NCBI GenBank assembly: GCA_902525585.1
Contig: CABZHQ010000003.1
Span: 545 to 64,544 of the forward strand
Origin: an uncultured Prochlorococcus sp.
GTDB lineage: Bacteria > Cyanobacteriota > Cyanobacteriia > PCC-6307 > Cyanobiaceae
DNA length: 64,000 bases
Direction: 5' to 3'
Under the pieces are notes generated by a model. That model did not search any database, had not been told where the DNA came from, and worked only from the letters and a program-made list of their open reading frames with translations. Below, in pieces: positions 37,125 to 46,617 of the stretch. The translations under genes were made by a program, and so were the position numbers. Within the stretch, counting starts at the first letter, position 1, and every line of letters starts with the position of its first letter.

Positions 37125-37244
37125 ATGATTGAAAAAATCTCTCTAGCAAATTCTCATTTACCTCAACTTATTGGGTTCGTACTGATGTCAATTGGTTACA
37201 CATTAGGCAATAAATTCTACCTTCCGGAAATCAAACAAAAGTAA
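37125..37244 (+). CDS. 39-aa microprotein
   Basis: Translated by hand: MIEKISLANSHLPQLIGFVLMSIGYTLG... Confidence 0.4.
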   Translation: MIEKISLANSHLPQLIGFVLMSIGYTLGNKFYLPEIKQK

Positions 37245-37599
37245 TAATTTTTGAGTTATTAAATATATTTTAAATAAATAACATTGAAAATACATTCCTG
37301 ATAAAAATTATTCAACATTTTATCTCATTTAAAGTAAAAACTTTAAATTTAATTCTGTAATTCAATTAAGATTAGTCTTAGGATGTAGCTGACACATAAA
37401 TGTAACAGTAAAGTCCTTAAAAATGTGAAATCCAAAGAAAAAGTAAGAATTCATACTAATTTTTTTTAAATATGTTACATTCATTAATAATTCAAGTTAA
37501 GTTTTCCTCTGTCAATAAAGCAAAAATGAGGAAATGTTTCATGTATACAAATGTCATTTACTCTTTGGCTTACTAATTGATCACGAATGAATTCTAAAA

Positions 37600-37854
37600 A
37601 TGGATGCACTTACTAGTTTTATAGTTGTTATCATCGCAATTACAATTCAATTCTCTTTATACGCCATCAAAAGGTTGCAGGAACCTTTAGAACCAAATTA
37701 TTTAATTGATAAAAATTCGAAAAAAATTAAAAACAACATGGGGAAATTCTGGAAAAATGCCGAAATAACAAATGGGAGATTAGCTATGATTGGTTTTTTA
37801 GCTTTGATAATAAACTACGGTTTTTTTGGGTGGATAATACCTGGTTTTATTTAA
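37600..37854 (+). CDS. hli: High-light-inducible protein
   Basis: AEITNGRLAMIGF chlorophyll-binding motif. Confidence 0.9.
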   Translation: MDALTSFIVVIIAITIQFSLYAIKRLQEPLEPNYLIDKNSKKIKNNMGKFWKNAEITNGRLAMIGFLALIINYGFFGWIIPGFI

Positions 37855-37953
37855 ATTATCAATACATTAAGGTCTTAAAGAAAAAAATAAATCTCTCGTT
37901 CAAAACAAACTCTCCTTTTAAAAAAAAAATTTTTATTATAAGTAAAAAAGCAA

Positions 37954-38151
37954 TTGAGTAATTCTGATTTTGATAAAAATGGATTGGATAACTATGGGAT
38001 ACATTGGCTTCAATATGCTGCTTTTGCCGTCTCTGGTTTTGCTATATTCACAACTTGGGCATTTTTTTATGATGAAAGATTCCACAACTTTGTAATGAAT
38101 ATTTTCAGGGTTATTAACTGCAGTGGGTTCAACTGTAATGGAGCATTTTAA
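37954..38151 (+). CDS. Small conserved membrane protein
   Basis: TM helix; C-terminal CSGFNCNG. Confidence 0.6.
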   Translation: MSNSDFDKNGLDNYGIHWLQYAAFAVSGFAIFTTWAFFYDERFHNFVMNIFRVINCSGFNCNGAF

Positions 38152-38157
38152 AATTCT

Positions 38158-38340
38158 ATGGCTAATCCAGATCAAAAAACAATATTAATTGATAATGCTT
38201 TTGAGGAAATAAAAAACATTTGTATAAATCTTCAAAAAGATACTGATGCTTCGAATTCAGAACTTAAAAGTTTACTAAAACTAATTATTAATGAATGGGA
38301 AGAAAAAGATGAACAAAAAACTGGTTTTGGATTCAGGTAA
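38158..38340 (+). CDS. Small conserved hypothetical protein
   Basis: C-terminal KTGFGFR. Confidence 0.65.
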   Translation: MANPDQKTILIDNAFEEIKNICINLQKDTDASNSELKSLLKLIINEWEEKDEQKTGFGFR

Positions 38341-38453
38341 AGTTAGCCACTTTCTAAGAAGAGAATTAGGACTAAAATCATTTTAATATGAACAGATTTT
38401 TTACTTTTAGAATTTAATATTTATAATTTACTTTTTTAGAAAGAAATTAAAAA

Positions 38454-38483
38454 GGAATGAATCTCAAATAGAAGATTCATTCC
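38454..38483 (-). terminator. Hairpin terminator
   Basis: GGAATGAATCT/AGATTCATTCC 11-bp stem with T-tract on the minus strand. Confidence 0.6.
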
Positions 38484-38633
38484 AGATTTAGCATTAGTTT
38501 TATCTAGATTTAAATTTTATAATTAAACTCCTCTGGTGGACTGTCAATCATTAGATCCCTCCTATTCAACAGGTTAAACCTACGCCTTACTCATTAAGAA
38601 AGTAAATCAGTAAAAATGCTGATTTATTATTTT

Positions 38634-38735
38634 CTAAAATGTTTGGATTAAAGATGCCAATTCTGGTGCATCTAATAAAAGTGCAAAAAATGTAAGCACA
38701 ACTAATAAAAATATGGAAAAGTAGAATTGAATCAT
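38634..38735 (-). CDS. 33-aa membrane microprotein
   Basis: Translated by hand: MIQFYFSIFLLVVLTFFALLLDAPELASLIQTF. Confidence 0.4.
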   Translation of the reverse strand: MIQFYFSIFLLVVLTFFALLLDAPELASLIQTF

Positions 38736-38835
38736 GATTCAAAATTACTTAAAAAGAATTTTTTAAGTTGTATAAAATAATGCTTTGTTTACATAATTCA
38801 ATATCTCTACCTAGAGAAGTTTAATTAGAGAATAA

Positions 38836-39069
38836 TTAAGATGCTTCAGGAGAAAATATAGTCCTATTTTTTTGCCAATACTTACACCCTTTAAGTAAAT
38901 GATCACCCTGTGGTATACGTTTTTCGTATTTTGGACAGATCAAAATGGTAGCAAAAGTTTCTGTAGTGCTGTAGCGAAAGTGATTGCAAGTAATACAAAT
39001 CTTTGTTCGTTTTCGTTTTAGGGTAGATTCTTTTAGATATTCCCATTTTGACGGATTTACCTTGATCAT
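38836..39069 (-). CDS. Cys-rich conserved hypothetical protein
   Basis: CITC..F.Y...C...IPQG.HL..GC..W; coupled to the DUF1651 gene. Confidence 0.7.
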   Translation of the reverse strand: MIKVNPSKWEYLKESTLKRKRTKICITCNHFRYSTTETFATILICPKYEKRIPQGDHLLKGCKYWQKNRTIFSPEAS

Positions 39070-39071
39070 GA

Positions 39072-39362
39072 TTACTGGAATTTATTAGTAACAATTTGCC
39101 AACCTCCTGAAATTAATTCATTCCATGTTTCACAAGCACACTCAATAGAATGAAGTCTTGAATTTTTAATTTGGGCTGGTTCACCTAATTCATTTGCGTA
39201 GAAAAGATGAGTATATATTTTTAAGTTATTAGATAAAGATTTCTTATAACTCTCAAAAAAAATTAATAAACCACTTTTTTTGTTAAACAACCAGCCAGTT
39301 GGGGGCTCAATAAGGCTGCAATGATAAAAACAAGTCCGAACATTAGCGACTCCTGAAGTCAT
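39072..39362 (-). CDS. DUF1651 family protein
   Basis: GWL, GEP...K, A...W.EL...GW; paralog of 41509-41808. Confidence 0.75.
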   Translation of the reverse strand: MTSGVANVRTCFYHCSLIEPPTGWLFNKKSGLLIFFESYKKSLSNNLKIYTHLFYANELGEPAQIKNSRLHSIECACETWNELISGGWQIVTNKFQ

Positions 39363-39367
39363 GAAGA

Positions 39368-39383
39368 TAATACAGTTGTACTA
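39368..39383. promoter_or_regulatory. LexA (SOS) box
   Basis: TAATACA-GT-TGTACTA matches picocyanobacterial TAGTACA-N2-TGTACTA; -35 TTGACG upstream on the minus strand. Confidence 0.75.
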
Positions 39384-39482
39384 TTAAAATAAATGTACTA
39401 CTCATAGACGTCAAGTATTTCTCTGGTAAATATTTAAAAACTAAAATTACTTTCTAGAAATAATAAGCCGTAAACTTCTTAT

Positions 39483-39791
39483 TTGGTAATAGTGAATACA
39501 AGTAAACCCTTGAAAAGGAAAATATCATTTAAAGAGTATCTCCAAAAGAATGCAATGTGTCGAAATCCCTTCCATTTAGGATGGAACAAAGGCTGGTCTT
39601 TTTTATTTTTTTTAGAGGGTGGCATTGCAAAAATTGAAGCAAAAGGTTTTGGTATTTCTATTACAACAAAAGTTAAGGAAGGAGAATCACCCCTAGAATC
39701 TGCGGATAGATTAGTCTCGAAAGAGCAAAGGATTAGAAAATCAAGATATTATTCTTGGGTTAAATCTATTAATGAAAAAACAATAAATTAA
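39483..39791 (+). CDS. Conserved hypothetical protein
   Basis: GW.F.F.L.GG...IE..GFGI motif; start uncertain. Confidence 0.6.
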   Translation: MVIVNTSKPLKRKISFKEYLQKNAMCRNPFHLGWNKGWSFLFFLEGGIAKIEAKGFGISITTKVKEGESPLESADRLVSKEQRIRKSRYYSWVKSINEKTIN

Positions 39792-39851
39792 CCAATCCTT
39801 AAATTTCTAAAGTAATTTGTTGACAGTCAATTTAAAATAGAAAATAGTCAT

Positions 39852-40118
39852 TTGTTTTTCGTGTCTAGTAAATTTTATGAATGGTGGAAAAACCATAGAA
39901 AAGTTGTAACCTATGGAGCTTTTATCATCTTGTTTGGTTTTTATTTATCTCCAGTTGTCAAAGAAGCAAAATACAAAAACCAATGTATTAAGTACTCTTC
40001 TAAAGGAGCTTTAACTAAATTTAATAAGGACGATATAGGAGAAACTTTACTAGAAGAAACAGGTTTGAATATTGATGAACTAGCAAAGATTGAAGGTTAT
40101 AAGAATTGCATTAATTAA
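39852..40118 (+). CDS. Small membrane-anchored hypothetical protein
   Basis: TM helix plus Cys pair. Confidence 0.6.
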   Translation: MFFVSSKFYEWWKNHRKVVTYGAFIILFGFYLSPVVKEAKYKNQCIKYSSKGALTKFNKDDIGETLLEETGLNIDELAKIEGYKNCIN

Positions 40119-40149
40119 AAAGTTCGAAAAAATTACGCTGAGTTTTTAA

Positions 40150-40356
40150 ATGATTAAAGGTATGTTTAAACTTATTTTATTAATATTATTATTTGGATTT
40201 ATATCAATAAGTCCAAAAACAAGATATTTGCTTGGCAAAACTCTAAAAGAAATTTCTTCATTTCTTTTATGGACTGTTAAATATGAAGATAGAGAAAAAT
40301 GGATTATAGATAAACCAAGTTGGATACCTAGCCAAAAACTTAAGCCATCGTATTAA
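40150..40356 (+). CDS. Small membrane-anchored protein
   Basis: Distant member of the 21574/27140 family. Confidence 0.6.
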   Translation: MIKGMFKLILLILLFGFISISPKTRYLLGKTLKEISSFLLWTVKYEDREKWIIDKPSWIPSQKLKPSY

Positions 40357-41106
40357 ATGAAGACTTATTTAGAAGAACGAATTGAATGGTACGACGATAA
40401 TTATAGAAATGGTAATGCTTTAATCTCTGATAAGCAGTTCGACCAACTTGAAAAAAATTTATTAAGAACAAACCCTAATTGTGATTACTTTAAAAAGAAA
40501 AATAAACTAGTTCTACCTTCATTAGAAAAGGATTCAATAGACGAATTTTTGAAAGGATTATTAGTAGATACCAGATTATTAATTGAACCGAAAATTGATG
40601 GTTGTGCTGTTGCTTTGCAATATAGGGATGGAACCTTGGAGAAAGCAATTTCAAGAAAAGGGGCAGACGTTACTAGTAAACTTATTAAAGTCCAAGACAT
40701 TCCCAATAATCTCCCTTTACGAGGAGTTCTTCAAGTTAGAGGTGAATTATATGCACCCAAACAAAGTCCAAATATCTCCCAAAGAATCGCTTCTGGATTT
40801 CTAAGAGCTAAAGAAGGATTTTCTGAAAGTCTTAGCTTCTGCGCATTTCAAATACTTAATTCAACACTTAACCAATATGAGTCCAAAAAGAGTCTTTCAG
40901 AGCTTGGCTTCAAGATCCCTCAGGATATTTCATGCAACTTTACGAGCCAAGTTCAAGTATTTAGAAAACAATGGCTAGAAGGGAAGCTTTTTAGTAAATA
41001 TCCAACAGATGGAATAGTAGTAAAAATAAATTCTAGAAAATTACAATTGATTAGAGAAAAATCAAATTTAGATTATCCTTATTGGCAAGTGGCAATAAAA
41101 CGTTAA
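40357..41106 (+). CDS. NAD-dependent DNA ligase, N-terminal (Ia plus adenylation domain) only
   Basis: Y..G...ISD..FD, EPKIDG, VRGEL, YPTDGIVVK, W.VA.K; no OB, Zn, HhH or BRCT domains. Confidence 0.85.
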   Translation: MKTYLEERIEWYDDNYRNGNALISDKQFDQLEKNLLRTNPNCDYFKKKNKLVLPSLEKDSIDEFLKGLLVDTRLLIEPKIDGCAVALQYRDGTLEKAISRKGADVTSKLIKVQDIPNNLPLRGVLQVRGELYAPKQSPNISQRIASGFLRAKEGFSESLSFCAFQILNSTLNQYESKKSLSELGFKIPQDISCNFTSQVQVFRKQWLEGKLFSKYPTDGIVVKINSRKLQLIREKSNLDYPYWQVAIKR

Positions 41107-41219
41107 TGGAATTAATACACCAGATTTTTCCTACTTGGCATATTTACTTGGATATGTTTTTGGTTGGCTTTGCAACTTACGGTTTTCTGAGAATTAAGAA
41201 AAAAATAAAAACTAAATAA
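41106..41219 (+). CDS. 37-aa membrane microprotein
   Basis: TAATG overlap with the ligase fragment. Confidence 0.45.
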   Translation: MELIHQIFPTWHIYLDMFLVGFATYGFLRIKKKIKTK

Positions 41220-41229
41220 AGTTTTTAAA

Positions 41230-41382
41230 TCATCCGTGGTCATTAAGCATGGATTTAAGTTGTTCGGCATCTAATTGTTCAAGATAATTTCTCATTGCCA
41301 ACCAAGATTTTCTACTTTCTAACTTTCCACTTTGTTTTAATAAATTTGCGGAAACTTGATCTATCAATTCTTTATGAGTCAT
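41230..41382 (-). CDS. 50-aa conserved microprotein
   Basis: Likely start MTHKEL; similar to 15440-15592. Confidence 0.65.
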   Translation of the reverse strand: MTHKELIDQVSANLLKQSGKLESRKSWLAMRNYLEQLDAEQLKSMLNDHG

Positions 41383-41508
41383 ATTTATATTCTTCATCAA
41401 GTTCAATGACAACACCATTAAAAAATTCTGCTAATAATTTTGATGGGTCTTGAATAGATATCTTTCTATCTACTTTTGATAATTTCTTTTTGATTGGATT
41501 TAAGTTAG

Positions 41509-41808
41509 TCATAAAGATTCAGGTAATTCAAGTTCTTCAAAAGTCCAACCTTCCAATTGAAGGTCATGCCATTTATCCCAAGCATTATCCAAATACATTT
41601 GAGTGGATGATTTGATTGCCATTGGCTCACCAAGATCATTTGCATAATATGTATGAGCAAAAATTCTCATACTATTTCTTGGAGATTTTTTGTTCCTTAT
41701 AAATAAAATTAATCTGCTGCGGTCTGGGCTAAGCAACCAACCACTTGGTGACTCATTACGATAACCATAAGAAAAATTAGTCCAAACGTTAGCTCCTCCT
41801 AAAGTCAT
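41509..41808 (-). CDS. DUF1651 family protein
   Basis: GWLLSP, GEP...K, AW..W..L...GW. Confidence 0.8.
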   Translation of the reverse strand: MTLGGANVWTNFSYGYRNESPSGWLLSPDRSRLILFIRNKKSPRNSMRIFAHTYYANDLGEPMAIKSSTQMYLDNAWDKWHDLQLEGWTFEELELPESL

Positions 41809-41815
41809 TACTTAG

Positions 41816-41831
41816 TAATACATGTGTACTA
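41816..41831. promoter_or_regulatory. LexA (SOS) box
   Basis: TAATACA-TG-TGTACTA; same promoter layout (AAATACTTGACG) as at 39368. Confidence 0.75.
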
Positions 41832-41933
41832 TTAATATAAATACATTTGAAATAAATCGTCAAGTATTTTGGCAAACAAATTATTTATACTGATAGAGAA
41901 TAAAAAAACTTAGTTATTCCTAAAAGATAAAAT

Positions 41934-42122
41934 ACCTACCAAAAGCCTTTATAGGAGGCATTTTGATAGGTAGCACCGGATCCCCGTCAGTTCTCTGCTG
42001 CATCGACCTGGAAATGCCAGAAGAGGATTCAAAGTGGGCTTTCGTTTCCGATTACAAGATCGGTTTACTACCGCATCACGACAGTTTCCTCATGTCGAAA
42101 GAGAGTCAGATCAGAGCACATA
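41934..42122 (-). ncRNA. ssrS: 6S RNA (Yfr7)
   Basis: GC-rich rod-like sequence whose ends pair (CTCTGATCTGACTCTCT...AGAGAACTGACGGGG), directly downstream of purK, the known picocyanobacterial locus; ends approximate. Confidence 0.8.
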
Positions 42123-42170
42123 AAGAAGAACTTAACCAAAGATCTAGTAATCTAACTCTAACTTATTTTT

Positions 42171-43361
42171 TTATGCATTTGGAGATGGCCAAATATCTCT
42201 TACCATAGTTAATAAAACTTGAGCCTCATCATATCTTTCTGAATGGGTTTTACCATTTAATAAAAATGTGATATGAGCCATTTTTCTTCCAAGAATTTCT
42301 CGAGATTTGCCATAACAATGAATATTAGAACCCTCAATTTCAGATAACATTTTAATTCTGGTTTCAATTGAGATAGGGAAATTCTTTCTTAATCCCAGTA
42401 GATTTATCATAATTGCCCCTGCACAGTTCATTTTAATTTCAGGTGGGATTATCCCAGAAGAAATGCAGACATATTGATCAAACTGACTTGAAGTACAAGC
42501 TTCAATAGAGAAATGAGCTGAGTTATGTGTTCTAGGAGCTATTTCATTAATTAAAAGGCCATTATCTCCATAGAAGAATTCAATAGCTAAAACTCCAACG
42601 TAGTTAAGTTCATTGACGATTGAAGAGAAAATATTTATTGCAAATAAGTTCAAATCATATTCATTTGTTCCAGGTGCAAGAACCCAATCACAAACATGGT
42701 TTGATTGGAACGTCTCAACTATTGGAAAGAATCTTATCTTACCGGTCCTATCTCTCGAACCAACAAGAGCCAGTTCTTTTTCATACTCTATCCATTCCTC
42801 TATTAACCATTCATTAGAACTATTCTCTGTTAAAAAAGAATCTAAATCTTCTTTTGTCTTTATTTTTCTGTTCCCTTTGCCGTCATATCCTCCTTTATTT
42901 GATTTTGCCATTAGAGGAAAAGTCCAATTATTGATTTCCTCATCCGAGAGATTTTTAAAATCTTCAATACTTATCCATTTTGGGCAGGGAATATTCATTC
43001 TGTCTATTAATTTTTTTTGAGAAAACCTATCTACTAATGGCTTAATTGCATTAAGGCTTGGAACAAAAATATCTTTATTGTCAATTAAATTTAATTTATC
43101 AATTTTTATCCATTCATTTTCAAAAATTATTTTTTCACACTCATTAATTAATGATTTATTACCTCTTATCTTTAAAGGATCAGCTTCTATGACATGATCT
43201 GCTTTTAAACCAGCAGGATCATCACAAGATTTTGTTTGCACACATACTTCTAGATCTCTTTTTTTTGCTGCCTCGGTTAACATCAAAGCCAGTTGACCAC
43301 CTCCAATTATTCCTATGGAATAATTTTTCTTAATATCGTTTATATTTTTTTTAAAACTCAT
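42171..43361 (-). CDS. purK: N5-carboxyaminoimidazole ribonucleotide synthase
   Basis: GGGQLA.M, GGYDGKG, EIAPRTHNS, RKMAH. Confidence 0.95.
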   Translation of the reverse strand: MSFKKNINDIKKNYSIGIIGGGQLALMLTEAAKKRDLEVCVQTKSCDDPAGLKADHVIEADPLKIRGNKSLINECEKIIFENEWIKIDKLNLIDNKDIFVPSLNAIKPLVDRFSQKKLIDRMNIPCPKWISIEDFKNLSDEEINNWTFPLMAKSNKGGYDGKGNRKIKTKEDLDSFLTENSSNEWLIEEWIEYEKELALVGSRDRTGKIRFFPIVETFQSNHVCDWVLAPGTNEYDLNLFAINIFSSIVNELNYVGVLAIEFFYGDNGLLINEIAPRTHNSAHFSIEACTSSQFDQYVCISSGIIPPEIKMNCAGAIMINLLGLRKNFPISIETRIKMLSEIEGSNIHCYGKSREILGRKMAHITFLLNGKTHSERYDEAQVLLTMVRDIWPSPNA

Positions 43362-43486
43362 AGCATGATTTTATTACCATTTGTAATTCTTAACAACTGA
43401 ATTTTTAAGGATCTAGAGCTTAGATTTTGCTAATATACTAAGTATTTAATACCCAATATTTATAAATTTTAACCAGGAAATCAATT

Positions 43487-44578
43487 GTGAATAAGAGAAA
43501 AATATTAGTCCCATTAGGTGATAAGTCATACGAAGTAACTCTAGAAGCAGGGATACTGAATAATATCAGCGAAGAACTTTTAAAAATTGGAATAACAAAG
43601 AATAGAAAAATACTTGTGATTTCAAATGAAGAAATATCAAATTTGTATGGAGAAAAATTTTTAAATAATTTAAAAGATAATAAATTTCAGGCCAAAATGT
43701 TCCTTATTAAGGCTGGAGAATCATATAAAAACTTAAAAACCTTAAGTGAAATATATGATGTAGCATTTGAATTTGGCTTAGATAGAAATTCAATAATCAT
43801 TGCCCTTGGAGGAGGAATTGTTGGAGATGTAAGTGGTTTTGCAGCTGCGACTTGGCTGAGAGGTATCGAATATATTCAGATTCCAACAACATTATTATCA
43901 ATGGTTGATTCATCTGTAGGAGGAAAAACAGGAGTAAATCATCCAAAAGGTAAGAATTTAATAGGAGCTTTCAATCAACCTAAAGCAGTTTTTATTGATC
44001 CAGAAACTTTAAAAAGTTTGCCCAAAAGAGAATTTAGTGCAGGCATGGCCGAAGTAATAAAATACGGAGTAATAAGAGATAAAGAACTTTTCGAATACTT
44101 AGAAATTGAAAAAAACAAAAATGAACTTAGAAATCTCAAAAATGAATATTTAATTAAAATAATTAATAGTTCAATTAAAACAAAGTCTCATATTGTTTCT
44201 CAAGACGAACATGAAAATGGTGTTAGAGCAATATTGAATTATGGTCATTCTTTTGGTCACGTTATTGAAAATTTATGTGGATACGGCAAATTTCTACATG
44301 GTGAGGCAATATCAATTGGTATGAATATTGCGGGGGAAATAGCGATTGAGAGAGGGTTATGGTCTAAAGAAGAATTAGAGAGGCAGAAAAATCTTTTGAA
44401 GAGTTACGATCTTCCTACCGAGATCCCCAAAATAAATAAAGAAGACGTTCTAACAATACTCATGGGCGATAAAAAAGTTCGTGATGGCAAAATGAGATTT
44501 ATATTACCGAAAGAAATTGGTGCTGTTGATATATATGATGACGTAGAAGATTCATTATTTTTAAAGTTTTTTTCTTAA
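43487..44578 (+). CDS. aroB: 3-dehydroquinate synthase
   Basis: [31 protein letters not shown]. Confidence 0.96.
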   Translation: MNKRKILVPLGDKSYEVTLEAGILNNISEELLKIGITKNRKILVISNEEISNLYGEKFLNNLKDNKFQAKMFLIKAGESYKNLKTLSEIYDVAFEFGLDRNSIIIALGGGIVGDVSGFAAATWLRGIEYIQIPTTLLSMVDSSVGGKTGVNHPKGKNLIGAFNQPKAVFIDPETLKSLPKREFSAGMAEVIKYGVIRDKELFEYLEIEKNKNELRNLKNEYLIKIINSSIKTKSHIVSQDEHENGVRAILNYGHSFGHVIENLCGYGKFLHGEAISIGMNIAGEIAIERGLWSKEELERQKNLLKSYDLPTEIPKINKEDVLTILMGDKKVRDGKMRFILPKEIGAVDIYDDVEDSLFLKFFS

Positions 44579-45765
44579 CGCAAACATGTTGAATTTATAT
44601 TCATTTTCTTTTCATTAAACTTTTTAAAAACAAACCACTTAAAATCCCCTAAACAAACAGGATCAACGAGTCTAAGTAATGCCTCTCTTCTTAGAAGGGC
44701 ATTTGATAAATCCTCTTTAATTTCTTTCTGAATTCCGTAAAGTCTCTCTGCCAATCCAAGAGCCAATAAAGCCTCACCTTGTTTAGTTATTCCAACAGTA
44801 TCAAATCCAAGAGTCTCAGCATCGTTAATTAAAGTTTCTATGCACACATGAGATGTTAAATCGCAATTTCCAGGAGAATCTAGGACATTATTCGTCATTT
44901 TTTGATTTTCATAAGAAACTATTGTCCCATCAGAAATCTTAGAGGTATAGTATTTTTTGGCTTCTTTAGCGTAATCAATTATCAATAAAATACCATTATT
45001 AATTTTTTGATAAATAGCTTTTAACCATTTTGAGTTATCTATATGCCATTCTGTTGTCCATCCTTCAAGAGCATCTTCAGGCGGAATAGTGATTCCCAAC
45101 TCACTTTTAGCAAGTTCAATACTTTTTCTCAATTCACTTGTAATTGGCATTTCATCAAAATATAATTTATGAGATTTTTTGTCGATAGAAACTGCTTGTC
45201 GAAGTAATTTTCCTTTTGAGAAGGTTATTCTCTCTACTGGCAAAGCATCCAAAACCTCATTTGCAAGAACTATTCCATTAATATTATTTTCCTCTACTTC
45301 TTCCAAACCTTTCCATAAAATATCAATGTCTAAGTTTAAAAATTCTTCCAATTTATTTTTTTGTTTTTCTACCATCCCTTCATTAGGTTCAATAATTACA
45401 AAAGAAACTCCTTCCAAAAAATTCTTGTTATTTTTTAAAAAATATTTAATTAATCCACTCATAAAGCTTCCATCACCTGCTCCAAATTCAATTACAGCTA
45501 ATTTCTGATTAGATAAAAAGCTATTTTTAAACTGAATCAACCAATCTTCTATTTGTTTACCAACAAAAAAAGCAAAATCATCAGATAAAGAGGGTGATGT
45601 GACAAAATCTCCTCGAACGCCTAACTCAGCTTTACCGCTGCCGTAATAACCATTAATAGGATCATTTAATACGAAATTCATAAAGTCATAAAAACTCAAA
45701 GTCCCACCCATATTTATTATTTTTTTTACTAACCAATCTGGATTATTCGCGGGTAAGCTATTCAT
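44575..45765 (-). CDS. SAM-dependent methyltransferase (MidA/NDUFAF7 family)
   Basis: [31 protein letters not shown]. Confidence 0.88.
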   Translation of the reverse strand: MNSLPANNPDWLVKKIINMGGTLSFYDFMNFVLNDPINGYYGSGKAELGVRGDFVTSPSLSDDFAFFVGKQIEDWLIQFKNSFLSNQKLAVIEFGAGDGSFMSGLIKYFLKNNKNFLEGVSFVIIEPNEGMVEKQKNKLEEFLNLDIDILWKGLEEVEENNINGIVLANEVLDALPVERITFSKGKLLRQAVSIDKKSHKLYFDEMPITSELRKSIELAKSELGITIPPEDALEGWTTEWHIDNSKWLKAIYQKINNGILLIIDYAKEAKKYYTSKISDGTIVSYENQKMTNNVLDSPGNCDLTSHVCIETLINDAETLGFDTVGITKQGEALLALGLAERLYGIQKEIKEDLSNALLRREALLRLVDPVCLGDFKWFVFKKFNEKKMNINSTCLR

Positions 45766-45796
45766 CGGCGAAAATATAAAAAGACAGAACTTATTT

Positions 45797-46594
45797 ATGC
45801 CTTCAAAGATTAACTATTTATTAGGAATATTTCTATCTATATTAGTTTTAATTTCACAAAAACCCGTTTTCGCTATAAATAATCCAAATCTCTTACCAGA
45901 AGAAAAAACTCCAGTAATTGATTTAGCTAAAACATTAAGCCCTAATCAGAAAAAATCTTTAGAGGAAAAGCTCAATAATCTAGAAGTTGAAAGTGGATGG
46001 AAAATTAAATATTTGTCTCAGTTTGAAAGTTCTCCTGGTAGCGCAATAAAGGACTATTGGGATCTAGATGAGACAAGTTTGTTGATAGTTGCGGATCCAA
46101 GAGGGGGAAATTTGCTGAACTTTAACGTCGGAGAGGCTTATTTTAATTTTATGCCAAGATTATTTTGGGTCGAACTTCAAACAAGATTTGGCAACCAATA
46201 CTATGTTAAAGATCATGGTGAGGATGGTGCGGTATTAGATGCAATTGATTCAGTAAAGATTTGCCTCGAAAGAGGAGGATGCCAAGTTGTCCCTGGCCTA
46301 CCCAAAGAGCAATATATATGGACTTTATGTACATCTATTCTTGGAGGTTTAGTAGCAGGTTTCGCATCTGCTCCAAGAAAAGAAGGTCAAGTCATATCAA
46401 TTGGATTTTTAGCTCTTCTTTCTCCTTTATGGGGAATGTTATTTGGAATTTTTGGTTTGGCACCGATAATATCCAGAACAAATGATTTGTTACCTTTATT
46501 TAAAAATGGTTTAGCTTTTACAGCCGCAGGAATTGCAGGTTATATCTTGTCTCAAACATTGTTTTCAAGATATGAAAAGCCCAAAAATACTTAA
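45797..46594 (+). CDS. TPM-domain membrane protein
   Basis: TPVIDLA, RFGNQYYV, GGC.VVPGLP. Confidence 0.8.
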   Translation: MPSKINYLLGIFLSILVLISQKPVFAINNPNLLPEEKTPVIDLAKTLSPNQKKSLEEKLNNLEVESGWKIKYLSQFESSPGSAIKDYWDLDETSLLIVADPRGGNLLNFNVGEAYFNFMPRLFWVELQTRFGNQYYVKDHGEDGAVLDAIDSVKICLERGGCQVVPGLPKEQYIWTLCTSILGGLVAGFASAPRKEGQVISIGFLALLSPLWGMLFGIFGLAPIISRTNDLLPLFKNGLAFTAAGIAGYILSQTLFSRYEKPKNT

Positions 46595-46617
46595 AATATG
46601 AACAAAAATATCTAATC

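Noticed and set aside
21160-41900. Integrase, transposase, tRNA att site or prophage in the island
   Set aside because: No such ORF or tRNA cloverleaf could be recognised, so no mobile element is called
41963-42208. 81-aa ORF on the plus strand
   Set aside because: Antisense to 6S RNA and the end of purK; likely spurious
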